NCBI GenBank assembly: GCA_012295275.1
Contig: CM022670.1
Coordinates: 39,742,001-39,806,000, forward strand
Direction: 5' to 3'
Origin: Chrysomallon squamiferum
Taxonomy: Eukaryota > Animalia > Mollusca
Length of the DNA: 64,000 nt
This document shows, in pieces, positions 1 to 14,100 of this stretch. Below the pieces are notes generated by a model, which saw nothing but the letters and a program-made list of their open reading frames with translations, was not told the DNA's origin and made no database searches. Position 1 is the stretch's first letter. Each line of letters begins with the position of its first letter. A program made the translations under genes and the position numbers.

Positions 1-30
1 GCGACGTCACGAAAGCGTGATCACGTGACC
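1..30. promoter_or_regulatory. Promoter-proximal motifs: CRE-like GACGTCAC (3-10), palindrome CGTGATCACG (16-25) and E-box TCACGTGA (21-28; USF/MITF/CLEAR type)
   Basis: Motifs read directly. They lie in a CpG-rich stretch (about 1-440) that contrasts with the CpG-poor intron and sits just upstream of a strong splice donor. Confidence 0.55.
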
Positions 31-132
31 TCTTTAGCAAAAGTAGCCAAAGTGAACGTGCGTTAGGTTATTCGTGGACAATTTAACCGTGGATTTACCT
101 TCAAAGTTACTTATTTACGAAATGATAGCGAG
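1..132 (+). other. Probable non-coding first (5'UTR) exon of the LAP gene; true TSS not determined
   Basis: CpG-rich sequence ending at the donor GAG|GTAAGA (GT at 133). The first coding exon has its own acceptor 8 nt before the ATG, so an upstream exon must exist. Linking this exon to that gene is inference. Confidence 0.55.
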
Positions 133-1159
133 GTAAGAACACATTTTTTTAAATCCTTATTTTATTTTTATTTTTTTTATTTTTTTTATTCCGCCAGATT
201 TGGTTCTATTCAGATTTCCGAAGTTCGATAGTTGTTGGACATTTGTATTGGCGTGGAGTTCTTCGCGTAGTTGAACGTAGTTTTAAGAGTACTGCCACAC
301 CGTTGTTTTCTATTAAAAGGCCTTTGGGTCGGGCCCATACGTAAACTTAAGGCACCTGGCAGACTAGGAGGCTATATATTTCAAGCCGATCGGAGTCAAA
401 TGTGATATTTATTGTTTAAAATAGGGACTGATGTGTCGGCGTCTCCCTAATATAAATCATTCCTATAAGAAAATGAAAGATCAGAAATGCGTTATCTTGT
501 TTGTAAACTGGAGCACATATTTAATAATTATTTATTTGTTATTACTGTTATTTATTATTATTAATTGTTTTTAAATATTAAATAATAAATTAATTAAAAA
601 TTATATAATTAAAAATTAAAAAAAAAAAAAAAAAAAAATAAAAAATATAAAAAAAAAAAAAAAAGTAGGAGAATAAAATGTTGGAATTAAAAATTAATTA
701 CATTTTAAAAACAAATATTCAGATTAAGATTTTTGTATTTTATCTTTAGTTTAAATATAGAAATAGAGCAAAATGGAGAAAAAAAAAAAAGTCTTGGATA
801 GCATAGAAATTTTATAACAAAAAAAAAAAAAAGAATGAGGGGGACTATACTTGTACCCAGTAGTGTCCTTACAAAGACCCCAAGTCAGATTGAAACATGT
901 TGTATACAAGGATTATCTGCTTCATATTACAACACTTAACACCAGGTCCCTATCTTTTATTAAAATTTAAAACCTGTTAAAATAGCTTGTTTTAATTATA
1001 AATGTGCCTGGGGCAGTTGAAAGGTGTAAGATTTCACATGTCACTGCAGACAGGCTGAGTCAAGTGATGAAGACATTCTTTTCATTTCTTTTTTTCTTTT
1101 TTTTTTTTTTTTTTTTTTTTAATTTTAATTAAAGATATACATGCATGTCAGAATTAATA

Positions 1160-1201
<42 letters not shown>

Positions 1202-2019
1202 GATTACTATATATAATGATTACTGTATATAATGATTACTGTATATAATAATTACTATTTTTCTTAGTATTTGCATATGTATATAATAGACTGCATGTGT
1301 GTGTCTGTATCAGTGTCTGTGTGTGTGTGTGTATGTCTCTGTATGTGTGTGTGTGAATGTGTCTGTGTGTGTGTGTGTGTGTGTGTCTGTGTCTGTGTTT
1401 AACTCTGATTAATAAACTAACTGCAGAAAGGTGTATCTAGAGGATATGGTTGATGTGCTGTTGACACCACTAACAGTGTGAATGAAGTGTAACTGGTTTC
1501 AAAAACTGCATAAAAGGACTTTGTTAGTGTGCACCATGTGCTCGTAAGATGTCAGACGTAATAATGATGACATACATTTTTATTTCACCAGAAGACAGAA
1601 GTAGCTTCAAGATAAACATGGACATATACAAACTGGAATACAAACACATTTATCTGATATTTAAACAGATTGAATTTCTAAATGTCTGACATGTGTCAAG
1701 GGTATTTTTTTGGTTCATGTATTTTTATTTTTTTTTATTTTATTTTATTTTATTTTTGCTAATAAAATATTCAGTGATTTGAAAAGTGCAATTGGTTCAG
1801 TTCAGAGTGGATATTACATTTATAATAAAAAAAAATGTCAATGTAAACTTTAATATCAGAATTTATTTACATTTAACAGATATTTAATAATATCATTCTG
1901 TAACAAGTGGGTCTTTTTTTTTTTTTTATGGGGGAGGGGTTTTTTTTTTTTCTATTGTAATAGATGGACGCATCTATAGACATGCACACCAACAGACACA
2001 TAGTCACACACTGAAACAT

Positions 2020-2225
2020 ACACATACACACCAACACAACACAACATGCACAAACACAACATACACATAACCAACACAACATACACATGTGCACCAACAC
2101 AACATACACATGTGCACCAACACAACATACACGTGCACCAACACAACATAAACACACACAACCAATACAACACAACATGCACAAACACAACATGCACAAA
2201 CACACCAGCACTATACACACAACCA
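2020..2225. repeat. CA-rich minisatellite, about 23-bp unit ACCAACACAACATACACATGTGC
   Basis: Several tandem near-copies; explains ORFs at 1873-2299. Confidence 0.75.
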
Positions 2226-3359
2226 ATTACAAGAACATGCATACTGGGACATACACATACATGCTGAACTATACATTTTCATTAACACATGAAAATTGAC
2301 TTTTACAGTAATTACACAAGACTGTGCAATAACGTGTTTATTCCATGGCATGTTCTACTACAAACACCTGTCTTTCCAGTGTCTTCCCTGGCTCATGACA
2401 GCCATTTAAGACCTGTCACTGGTTCACAGGCTTCTTCTTCATATTTTAACTCTTATTTTAATGGGTTAACAAGCATGGCAGATCCTCACTGAATACATCT
2501 GAACTATGTCTGTCACATATGGATACAATTAGTTTCAACATCTTCAAACATGCATGGGTTATTTGTGGTGACATTCGTTATTCATTGCAGCATTTACAAA
2601 TGTCACTGCAAATATTAATCAGTGTTTTTTTTAGTTTTTAAATTGACATTTTAAATTTTAAACAGTTATGAGCTTGAGCTTAATGCAGGTGACAACTGTC
2701 GACATTTTCTGGATAAGGTGCAAGTGTTAGGTGATGAGGATTATTCTGGTTTTGTACGGAGAAAGGAGAGATGTGGTGTTTTGTGTGTGTCATGTTTAGA
2801 GAAAGCTTTTTAATACAGGTTCCCTCTGATGAACAAAACATTTATAATCTTTATTTTCATATTTTAATAATCTTAATACACATATTTCGATATATTTTAA
2901 TTCATATTTTTGATATTACACATTTTTATGTATTTTTGATCATTACCTATTTTTAAAAATTAAAAATATTTTGATAGCATCATTTTAATATAAAAATTTT
3001 AATACATTTTCATAAGTATTTTAATATATATATACATACATATATATATATATATTAAGATTATACTTTGAATTGTTTTATATTTTGATTACACACAAAA
3101 GCATACATTTAAACATATACATACATATGTGAATGTACCTACACCTGTATATTTCAAAATGTTTGAAAGTAAATAATTACTGTGTATATCACAAAAATAA
3201 CATCTGTTGCATGTCATACATGATTACAAATGACATCCAGATATAATTCTTTCTCTCTCTGTATATATGTTTGTGTCTGTATATTACACACACATACCAC
3301 AAACACACACATATATATGTATACATGATTACAAGTGACATCCAGATATAACTCTTTCT

Positions 3360-3395
<36 letters not shown>

Positions 3396-5807
3396 CTTAC
3401 TGCATTATATTTACTTCTTTCTTATTGTGTGTGCTTTAAATAACAACCTTGCTACAGGTTGACAAAGCATTATCAAAATTTCTAAAAAAAAAAAAAAAAA
3501 AAAACCAACAGCCAGTGTTATACTATTACTCTTGTTATTGTTGTTAAATTTTTGTTGTAATTTCTTTTTCTTTTGCATGAAATTTGAGTAACAGTGTACA
3601 GACATTTTTAATTAATTTGGTGCAGGTACATTAACTGCTGACCTGCTTGTAGTGCAGGTGCTATACAGTTTAAAAGCAATGCACATATTAGCATTATAAT
3701 GCACCAGGGTACTGTTACATACGTAATATATCATCTAAGCGCACCACTATTATGATAAAGTATGACACAGCCAATACAATAACATAATATTTTACATATT
3801 TTATTCAGTGTTTTCCTAACAAACAAAGCATGTACCTGCTTTGTATTCTATTTTTTCAAGGATTTCTGATATTGGATTGTTGATCTGTATTGTATTTCTT
3901 GGTGTATGATTTATTGTTTGGATGTTCACTTACAAAAAGGGTGTGGTTTAATCTTCACTGCACCCATGGGCAGGTTAGTTCCTTTCCCCACACATATCAA
4001 ACTTCCAAAGCTGTGGTATGTGTTTCCCTGCCTTGTTGGAAGATGCAGTTAAACTATAGTTGCTGCCAGTTGCTAAGATATGTTTAGAAATTACAGTGCT
4101 TGTGGTGTTTTCTGAAATTTAGATGCTCTTGTGTTTGATATTTAATAAACGTCATTATAAAAATTGTTTAGAACTATTGATGCTTTTTAATTCATAAAAA
4201 CAAAACAAAAAAACAGTTTTATTTCTTGTCAGGACAGAGAAATTATAACTCAGTGTCCTGCAACTTGTACTGACTTTCCAAAAGTGACTTGATGATCAAA
4301 TTAATTCCTTAAAGTTCAATGTTTATTTTAACATTTGTTTGTCATGGAATTTATTAATACAAGATTAAACTGAGACTCACAGTAAAAACAATTTTGTTTT
4401 TCCAGTGATGAAGAATCTGTTGTATTTTGTGTTTTAACAATTCTTGAAAAAAACAAAAACACAAAAATGATATCTCTGTTTCTAGTTTAGTTAAATGTTG
4501 ATGTTTTTGACAGGTGATACCAACACAACTTTTGCCTGAATTATTTTAGTAGTTTTGGTTGATTTAAAGGAAGGTAGCTGGATTGAAATGGGACTGGGAA
4601 ATAAGATGGGTATAGAAAAACGTAGTTGTTTTTTTCCCCCAGAAGCACCTCCAGATGTACTAAGCACTTATGATTATTATGAGTAGCTTAGAACTCACAG
4701 CCTGTTGAAACAAAAAAAGACATATTCCAGTGAGTACATTAGAAGCAGTGACCAGCCAGCTAAAAAGTTGTTGTGATGAAACTGGTCTCACAGTACACTT
4801 TAAAGTGTATCAACATGTCAGTACAACTTGCCTCATTAAACTTCTGTAGTTTTCTTTGCAGCAGAGTTCCTTCCTTCATAAGTTTACATTACTTAGGTAA
4901 ATAATGGTGTGTGACAGCTCTGTGTACGTTTTTACTTTCATTACCTTTTCTTTGATCTTGCTTATACATAAATTTCAGAGATCAGTTTAACAATAACGTT
5001 TTACATGTGACTGTTAGGTATCCATTTGAGGAGATGATTCAGTTGTTTTCATGTTGATGTGTATGGGATAAGTCTACAATAAACCTCTGTATTTATATTT
5101 ATTATCATTTAATGATTTGAAAAGGTTGAGATATTTGCATTACAAATATCATTTACTGTTTATGAAATTTTTCAGATATCAAATGATGCCTATTCATTAA
5201 TTTTAGCGTCATATTAACATTTTTATTTATTTTTTAATTAGATATTTAATTTTTTTTTTTTTTTTTTTAGATTTAAATATTAACAAAAATGTCATTAGCT
5301 AATCTGAAAATATTTATTCGTACCGTATTAAATTTTAATATTTCATGAACACCCCTCAGTTACCTGAGTAATCTGTAACCATGTCTGTCTGCAGGTATCG
5401 TTTTCACAAAGACAACATTCCTTGGAATTATTCAGCACAAGCTTGCAAAACAACTGCATATAAATTACATTCAGTAATATTCAAACTTAAAAACAGGGGA
5501 AAAAAAAAAAAAAAAAAAAAAATAAAAAAACAACAACCAAGAAATCAATATTTTAGCGTATTACATTTCACAGCAAAATTAGACATGTCCAGTGTGCATT
5601 AATAGCACATAATTCATTGCTCTCCTTCAAACACTGCCAGTTTAAGAAAACAAGATTGTGCTGATTACTTTATTTATTTCAAGTATTTTTCAGAGTTTTG
5701 AAAAGTATGTGCAGTTTTGAACGAAATTTAGTAGTGTTAAATTCACAGTAATAAAAAAGTAAATCACAGTAAGCTTATTTCCTAAATGTTACTACAGACT
5801 TGAACCC

Positions 5808-6520
5808 AAAGTTCTGATTTTTTGTATAACTGGTTTGAAAACAGAATTTTCAAAGTTCTGATTTTTTGTAAAACTGGTTTAGAAAACTCAGTAATGTTTC
5901 AAAATTCTAAAAACTGGTTTGAAAACTGAGTTACTGATGTTTCAAAATTTGATTTTTTGTAAATTTTGAAAACAAAAGTTCTGATTTTTGTAATGTAACT
6001 GGTTTGAAAACAGATTTTCAAAGTTCTGATTTTTTGAAAACTGGTTCAGTAATGTTGTTTCAAAGTTCTGATTGTTGTAATATTGAACGTTTGAAAATTG
6101 AGTTACTGATGTTTCAAAGTTCTGATTGTTGTAATATTGAACGTTTGAAAATTGAGTTACTGATCTTTCAAAGTTCTGATTGTTGTAATATGTGAACTGG
6201 TTTGAAAACTGAGTTACTGATGTTTCAAAGTTCTGATTTTTTGTAATATGTGAACTGGTTTGAAAACTGAGTTACTGATGTTTCAAAGTTCTGATTTTTT
6301 GTAATGTGTGAACTGGTTTGAAAACTGAGTTACTGATGTTTCAAAGTTCTGATTTTTGTAATATTGAAAGTTTGAAAACTGAGTTACTGATGTTTCAAAG
6401 TTCTGATTGTTGTAATATTGAAAGTTTGAAAACTGAGTTACTATTGTTTCAAAGTTCTGACTGTAATATGAACTGGTTTGAAAATACACTGTGGTTTCAA
6501 AGTTCTGACTACATGAACTG
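5808..6520. repeat. Minisatellite, 54-57-bp unit (TTTGAAAACTGAGTTACTGATGTTTCAAAGTTCTGATTKTTGTAATAT...)
   Basis: About a dozen tandem copies, degenerate at both ends. Confidence 0.9.
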
Positions 6521-7501
6521 AATACACTGTTAGGTTTATGCACACAATGAGGACAGTGTGACTTACTGCTGTCTGACAGATCAAGGGAGAGATCAGACTA
6601 CAGGCAGTTCAATACATTAGTACAGTAAAACATGCTTCTTTATGTGGGTCTTGTTTTATGGTTGTTTAGCAGACTTTGCAGTTAAAAATAACAAAAATAA
6701 AAATAAAATACAAATACAAATAACAGAAAAAAAAAATAAAAAAAATAAATAAAGATAGTTGCTGTAAGAAATAGCCATTAACATAATCTGCTATTTTTAC
6801 AGGTGATAAACAATGAATGTAATTAGTGGAACTCTTGAAAAAAAGAAAAAAAAAAAGAATAATAAATAAAATAAAATGAAATGAAATGAAATGAAATAAA
6901 TAATAATAATAACATGATATTAAATAAATTTGACCTTTTTAATTTGTTGTTTTTTGTCTTCTTTTTTTTCCCCCCTTTTTTTTCTTTTATTTTTTCCACT
7001 GTTTGTATTTTTTATGATAGCATTGTGAGGGAATAGTTTGGGGTTTTTTGTGCATATTTTGTAATGTGTTTAAAGTATTGTTGAAGATATTGCAAAATAA
7101 TGAAATAAGGAATGACAAGAATTTAAAAGAAAAATCACCAAACACCTTTAACAGAAATCCCTGAAAAACAACAATATCTATCTATCTATCTCTCTCTCTA
7201 TCTGTATCTCTATCTGCATCTCTATCTATCGAGAGAGAGAGAGAGACATGCGTTGTCATTTATTTTTAAATAAATATGGTGGCATTTTTTTTAATTTTTT
7301 GTATTTATGTGTAACATTGTATCTGAGTTATCATGATCAGTAACAATGTATTACTTAGTTAATTCAGCTTTTTTTTTTTTTTTTCAATGTAGAACATTTT
7401 TACAGTTATTATACATCTTTTAATTAAAGTAAAGATTAAACAAATAAATACATAAATAATACTAAGTAAAATAAAGTTGTTTTAGGAAAAAATGTATTAA
7501 A

Positions 7502-7537
<36 letters not shown>

Positions 7538-8340
7538 AATAAAAGTAATATAATTTGTCTTGATTACTTATTTGAATATAAATTGCAAAATGTCTAGAAA
7601 ATATATAGTACAAAAATGTCCAATATGAAATTTACAGAAAAATATATAGTAAAAAAAAAAAAAAAAAAAATAAGAAGAAAAGGTAATTTCTTGCATGAAA
7701 AATAACAGATCTATTGTATGAAAACAGTAGAAATAAAATCTAGTTTGAAAATAATAGAATATGGTTTAGCATGGAAACAAAGAAAGATAAGAACCAACTA
7801 AAAGACAAAAAGAGTAGGTGACTTCTTTTGTGTTCAAACTGTCACACAGGCAAAAAACAAAACAAAAAACACACAACTAAAACAGACCAGTCTTAACACA
7901 TTCACAGACTTATTAACAGACAGGCTGAAGACAGACAGACAGACAGACAGAACAAGAAGAGATACTGGGAGAGAAAGAGGGAAGAAAAAAAAAAAAATAA
8001 TGTTGTTGGTTTTACACGGAGTTTTGTGACAAATCTTAACAGGATCTTGTCTAGCAAACCGAGGTGTAGGTTTTAGTGTATGTGTTAAGAAGAGATATTG
8101 TGTTTGTGATGTGTGACTGCACTGTTATAAATATGTGCATTAAAAACAGTGTAAACTGAAACTATTGATGTGATGGTTGACTCTTCCTCAGTATGTTGTC
8201 TTTTTTTTTGTGTCTCTTTCACACTCTGGCTCTTTCAGCAAGATGATGGTGTATGTTTGTGTATATAAACATCAAGAATGTCATCTTGGCTGTTTAACCT
8301 GTACAAAAATGTTTTGTTAAGAAAATGAATATCCTCTGTA

Positions 8341-8398
<58 letters not shown>

Positions 8399-8909
8399 TG
8401 TGTGTGTGTGTGTGTTTTATATATAATTATATAATACATGAAATTAATGCAGTGGTCTGTAATACATATTTCTTCTTCTTTTGTTTCCCCACCTACTAGC
8501 ATAATACCCATACTGATCAGTCTATGATTTAACTTGTCAAAAGGTTTCAGATACAGAAACCATGTTACGTAACATGACTCTTTTGAAGTAATAGAATGTA
8601 TTGCTGCTGCTGTTACTGATAATTAGCTGTCAGAACAATGGACTGCTAGTACTGGCTCTCATAACAACTAAACTCACTGTGTCACAGTTACTCAGAGAAA
8701 TCTTGTGTTATCTCTCTGCTTACTCATTGCCACCCTAGCTCCATGCCAGACTAAACTACCTACATACTTATAAATGTGTGTGTGTATGTGTGTGTGTTTA
8801 TATATATACACATTTATATTTTTATACTCAGACATATACATATATGCATCATACATACACATACATGCATGCAGACATATACATGCATACATTCAAACAA
8901 ACATACCTC

Positions 8910-8940
<31 letters not shown>

Positions 8941-10929
8941 ATTATATTTCAAGGTATAGACTGTCACATGATTGTTAGAGACTTTCATAAAACACATTTC
9001 ACAGTCGACGTAACGACAAAAATGCACAAGTTATCCGATATACACACACACAGTAGTGAAAATATTCAAAGGCTTTCAAACCGGTTGCATACATTATAAT
9101 AATTTTTCTTTTCATTTCTGCTCAAGCCTTCATAGATTTAAAAATAACAGACATTCTTGTTACTGATGTTGTGAAATCTTAATATGTTGTAAATAATTTA
9201 TTTTCATTTTTTATAAATTTAAAAAAAAAATTATTTATATAGTTTTATAGATAACTAAACTAAAGTTTATAGTACAAATTATTAATGGAATTTATAGGCA
9301 AAAATTTAATAAATAATTTATATTTTAACCCATGTGATATTACTTATTTAATTATATATGTATATGTTTGTAACTTTTGAACTGAACATTATTTCCATTT
9401 ATTAGTATTCAACTCCCAGACACGTATGATAAATACCTGTGATATTTATAATTTAATTGTGTGATGTAAATATTACACGTATTTATTTACTAATAACTGT
9501 TGTCTCACACAGAAGGGTTTTTCATCAAGTGTTCAAGGTTCCAGTCATTACACCAGTGACGCCCTGCATTGTAGTAATAGAACTGTACAAATCAGCTGTG
9601 GTCATCTCTCTCTGTGTGTTAGCTTAGCACAGTATTGAATGGTCGCGTTTTCACCTGGTGTTTATTTTCCGATAACAACAAAATGACAGGGTGTTAACAC
9701 TTCCAACAAAACTTCTGTGTTGTACTTTTTCCCTTTGTGCCGTTTTATGTAAACCATGCCAAGTGGCCCTCTGCCAAAAAAAAAAAAATTCCTATGTCCA
9801 GACAGGTAATCGTTTCATATAGTGTACCTGTTTACTTAAACACCTCTTTTGTTGATGAAGACAAATTACTTTCTTGCGTTTGTGGTAATTGTTATCCACC
9901 CATCTAAACCTGTCACTGTGGATAACAGGGTACGTGGCATTCATTAGCCGAGGAGCTGGGCTACAAGAGCTTGTGTCAACATTCTGGTCCTGCTGACACG
10001 GGGAGAGAGGACCGCAGACAGTCCTGTCTGTCAAAGAAGGGACCGCTCCATCTTGTGTGTGGGATAAAAGTTTATTAACAAAGGTGTCGCGTAAAACACA
10101 ATCATTACCTATTAGCAGAACCTGTGTTTACCTAAGGTGCAGCTCGATTGCGTTGCTATTGATCATTCATCTGTAGGTTTTATTGGTTTATATATTTCTG
10201 TTCACGTGCGTTTTCTAAAGAGGCTTATGTTCAAGAGGAAATGCGTGGGAAAAATTATTTTTATAATCATTAAGGACATGAAATGTCTATGGTCGGTTAA
10301 TAACGCATTAACAACCCAATATCTACACCATTGATACTGCATGTCATTATTTTTATCACTATTAACATCTGGTTAAGGAAATAGAAGATTTTTCTTTATC
10401 GTCATTTTATTCTTCTCTTAATTATTAAGATTATAAGAAGTCTCCAACCAGTAAGTTTTAATAATAGATTTTCATCACATCCTTTGCCATTAAAAGCATG
10501 TATAATTATTTTATCAATACACCCAGCCGATTAAGAAACTATTTTTTTGTTGATGTTAACGTTTTCCTCTTACTATTAAGATCATTACACATAGATGTCC
10601 CATAAGAATTAATAATGTATGTATGGTCACAGAAGCAACTGTACTATCACTGTCTGTTTTAATTACATTGTCCATGTAATCAGACATATAAAGAAACAGA
10701 GGCTGTTGTTTTTGTCTTAAATGTTAAGAACATTACACTGCTGATGACCAATAAAATTTAATAATATATTATTGACCTTAACAACTGCATCGTCTAGAGC
10801 AGGTGTTATTATTTTATCAGTATTACCAATAAACTGATTAGATACAACCTGTTTTAATGCCTTGAAACAAATAATTAATATCTGATTCTTATACACCTCA
10901 TCCTTCTTTGCGTTTTCCCATACTAGTGC

Positions 10930-11130
10930 ATGGTTAATTTATTAAAGATCTTGGTATGTGCTGCAAGATCAGTGGGAAGGCACGTATATAAAAATATTTC
11001 CTGCTGCTAATTGAAAAATAATATTATATTTTGTGCTGACAGCAGGTTTCCTCTCAGTATTTGTGTGACCTTGTATGTAACTGTACTATTAAAAGTGTGG
11101 CAAGGGCATATTTAAACTAAAACTATTTCC
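10930..11130 (+). mobile_element. Degraded SINE-like interspersed repeat (body fragment)
   Basis: GGTATGTGCT...TGGGAAGG...TATAAAA...TGCTGCTAATTGAAAAA...GACAGCAGGTTTCCTCTC. A related piece lies at about 53630-53720, and a weaker reverse one at about 23495-23645. Resembles a recalled abundant gastropod SINE (not searched). Confidence 0.55.
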
Positions 11131-11222
11131 ATATTTTCATTGCTTTTAAACAAAACATTAATCCCTGATTTAAATACACAGTGAAAACAGTAACATGGTG
11201 ATGTGTGACAAACAAGTTTATC

Positions 11223-11490
11223 CAGGCTGAGATTCTTTATACAAAAAAGCTTTGGACAGGAAATGTTTTGGATTTTGGATTATAAGGAAAAAGAAACTTA
11301 AAATACATCAAAGTCTAAACATGAAACTCATTGTTATTTCATACATGTTTGTTTATAGTCTCTAGGTATTTTGTACAGTAATTCTAAAATAAGGTTTGTG
11401 AATGCTGCAAGTATTGGAAAACAATAATATACTGATTATTTGAAAATGTTTTGGATTTCATAGCCTTTCATTTTTTGGAATTTCTGTAAC
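11223..11490 (+). mobile_element. Internally deleted Tigger/pogo-type DNA transposon relic resembling Tigger4(Zombi)/MER46
   Basis: Begins CAGGCTGAGATTCTTTATAC...TGTTTTGGATTTTGGATT, contains AAGTCTAAACATGAAACTCATT, and ends in GTTTTGGATTTCATAGCCTTTC. These blocks are collinear with both ends of the recalled Tigger4 consensus. Confidence 0.55.
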
Positions 11491-12689
11491 ACATTCGGGT
11501 TTTCTGTGTTTTAAATATAAACACAAGGGGAATGTCTAACATGAAGTGATATATGAAGGTTTTATTGTGTTAGAATAGTAGAATTTAAATACATTTCAGT
11601 AATTTTTGTAGTGATGAAAAAAGAATTGGCGATACATAAATCTCACTGGTTATTACATTTTATTACACATTTTTAAAACAGATTACCATAAATAGTTGTC
11701 GAATGACACCTTAGTGCTTTTTTATGTGATCAGAGAATCGAGCTAAATTTTAAATATCTTTAGACTGAATAACATGAAATGAAGAACTGAAATCAGATTT
11801 AGAACAAATAACTAAAAAGTTTTAAAAATTCATGGGAAAGTTTTCTGGTTATACAGATCTGTATTTTTAAAAAAATTTGGACTACTACTACTATCATCAT
11901 CATTATCATCATCATCATCATCATTAAACTTTGGTGTTGGTGTATAAAGACAACAGCAACCAGCTTCAACTTAGTCCAGTTCATGGGATGAAGATGTCAT
12001 TATAATAAAAATAATTCTTACTCCATCTTTTAAAATACACACACTCAGTTCATGTAAAATTGGGTTTGGACATGATCAGGAGAGCAAAATAGAATCTGTG
12101 TTTGTCCAGTAGAACCCTAAAATAAGATAAAGCAAAGGTAAATAGGCTTTATCCTAAGTGGATGTACATATGTGCCAAATAGCCTGGCTTGTGTAAGTAA
12201 ACACTTCACTTTGTAGTTTGGTACCAGAGAGAGACAGAACAAGTGTTTGTTCCTTTGTTTGTCTGTTTGTTTGTTTTTTAGTCCTTTGAGATTTTTGTTA
12301 CTTAACACTACCTGTTTTTATATAATAATGTTAAATAATAAACATGTCTTTCCAATTAGTTGAATTTATTCTGTAAATGTTAGTTTCTAAAACACTTTTA
12401 AGTAGTGCTAATAACAAATTTAATTAATTTATTAATAACTTACAAACTATGAAAAGACAAATACATGGAGAAAGCATTATGAAAAAAAATTATAAAAAAA
12501 AAATTATAAAAAAAATGTGGAAATGCTACTTCAAAGAACAGCAACAACAACAACAAAAAATAAAATAAAATAAAATAAAAATAAAAATAAAATAAAATAA
12601 AAATAAAATAAAAAATAAAATAAAAGAAACAAATAAAAAGTAAAAAACAAAACAGCAGAAATAAACCTACATTCATGCCCTCAGTTCTG

Positions 12690-13135
12690 ACATGATTATT
12701 ATAAATTATATTTTCTTCAAAGAAGTGGATATGAAAAATAAAGACAACAGTTCAAACAGCAGGAAAGTAATGGCATAATTAAACCCACATTTATGCATTC
12801 AGTTGTGACATAACTATTGTAAATTTTTATGAAGGCCAAAGAAAAAAAAATACAAACGAAAAATAAAACTGCCTAACTGAAAAAGCAAAATATACAATAG
12901 CACAGTCTTTATTTATGGACTAAATTTTGACATAAATATAATAAATCATATTTGCCTCAAAAGAAATTCATATGAAAAATGACTTCATTTCAAACAGCAA
13001 AAATGTAACAGCTTAGTTAAACTTGTATGTATAGATTCGGGTGTGACATAACTGTTAAAAATTATATTTGCTTCAGAGAAATGCTTATGAAAAATAAGAC
13101 TTCCATTTCAAACAGTGACAAATATAACAGCAGCA
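12690..13135. repeat. Degenerate tandem repeat, about 120-bp unit (TATATTTGCTTCA...TATGAAAAAT...TTCAAACAG...TGTGACATAACT)
   Basis: Three to four diverged copies visible. Confidence 0.55.
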
Positions 13136-13746
13136 CTGAATCCAAATTTAAAAGCTCTCTTGTGACAAAAGTAGCCGGAAGGCTATGAATATAAAATATA
13201 AGATTAATGAGAAGAAAATGAAATAACGAGAACTGAATTCCTTTACAGTATCACAGTATTAATTTCATCTAGAAAATCCATTATGAAGTCTGACCATGTG
13301 ATACATATTATATTGGTTTGGGTTCATGCATGCCTGTCATGTAACATTCCAGTTTTGTAACTTTTGAGGCTGAAGACAGTAATGTACTGTTACTTCCAGA
13401 TTTATTGTAAAGATTTAAACTGATGTAAACTTTTATTCTTTTATTATAAAAACTGTGCAAATTGACATAACTTTTGATCAGATTATAAAATATATAACAC
13501 TCGGTTATATTTGTCAGCTGTTAGATTTTTTAATAATATTAATAGATAAATCTTGTTATACCTGTTTATTACAGTTTTTCTACTCTCAGAATTACCCAAA
13601 CCTACCTTACATATTTTACCTGTTATTTTATCTCTTTGTAACTGCTTTCAAATTACTTACCTACTTCATTTAAATCTGCCAACCATTTTTTACTCTAAAC
13701 TGAAATAAAATTCAGTGAACTCCTGAAATAAGAAAATTAACATGCT

Positions 13747-13781
<35 letters not shown>

Positions 13782-14029
13782 TAAAGCCTTTAAATGTCCT
13801 GTATGTATGTGTGTATGTATGTGTGTATGTGTGTGTGTGTGTGTGGTGTTCACTTCAGGTATCAGTGACACTTGAAGCTGTGACTGGAAAATGGGGACAA
13901 ACAGTGAAGTATTGATTAGATGATAATCCATGTTATAATAACAGTTTGTCAAATATTGACTGAAAGAGGTGTCTCCAGCTCTTTTAACATCACAGCAAAC
14001 CTACATGTGAGTGACTTGTTAACAGTCAT

Positions 14030-14056
14030 AGTGTGCTGTGAGTTGAAATGTATACA

Positions 14057-14100
<44 letters not shown>

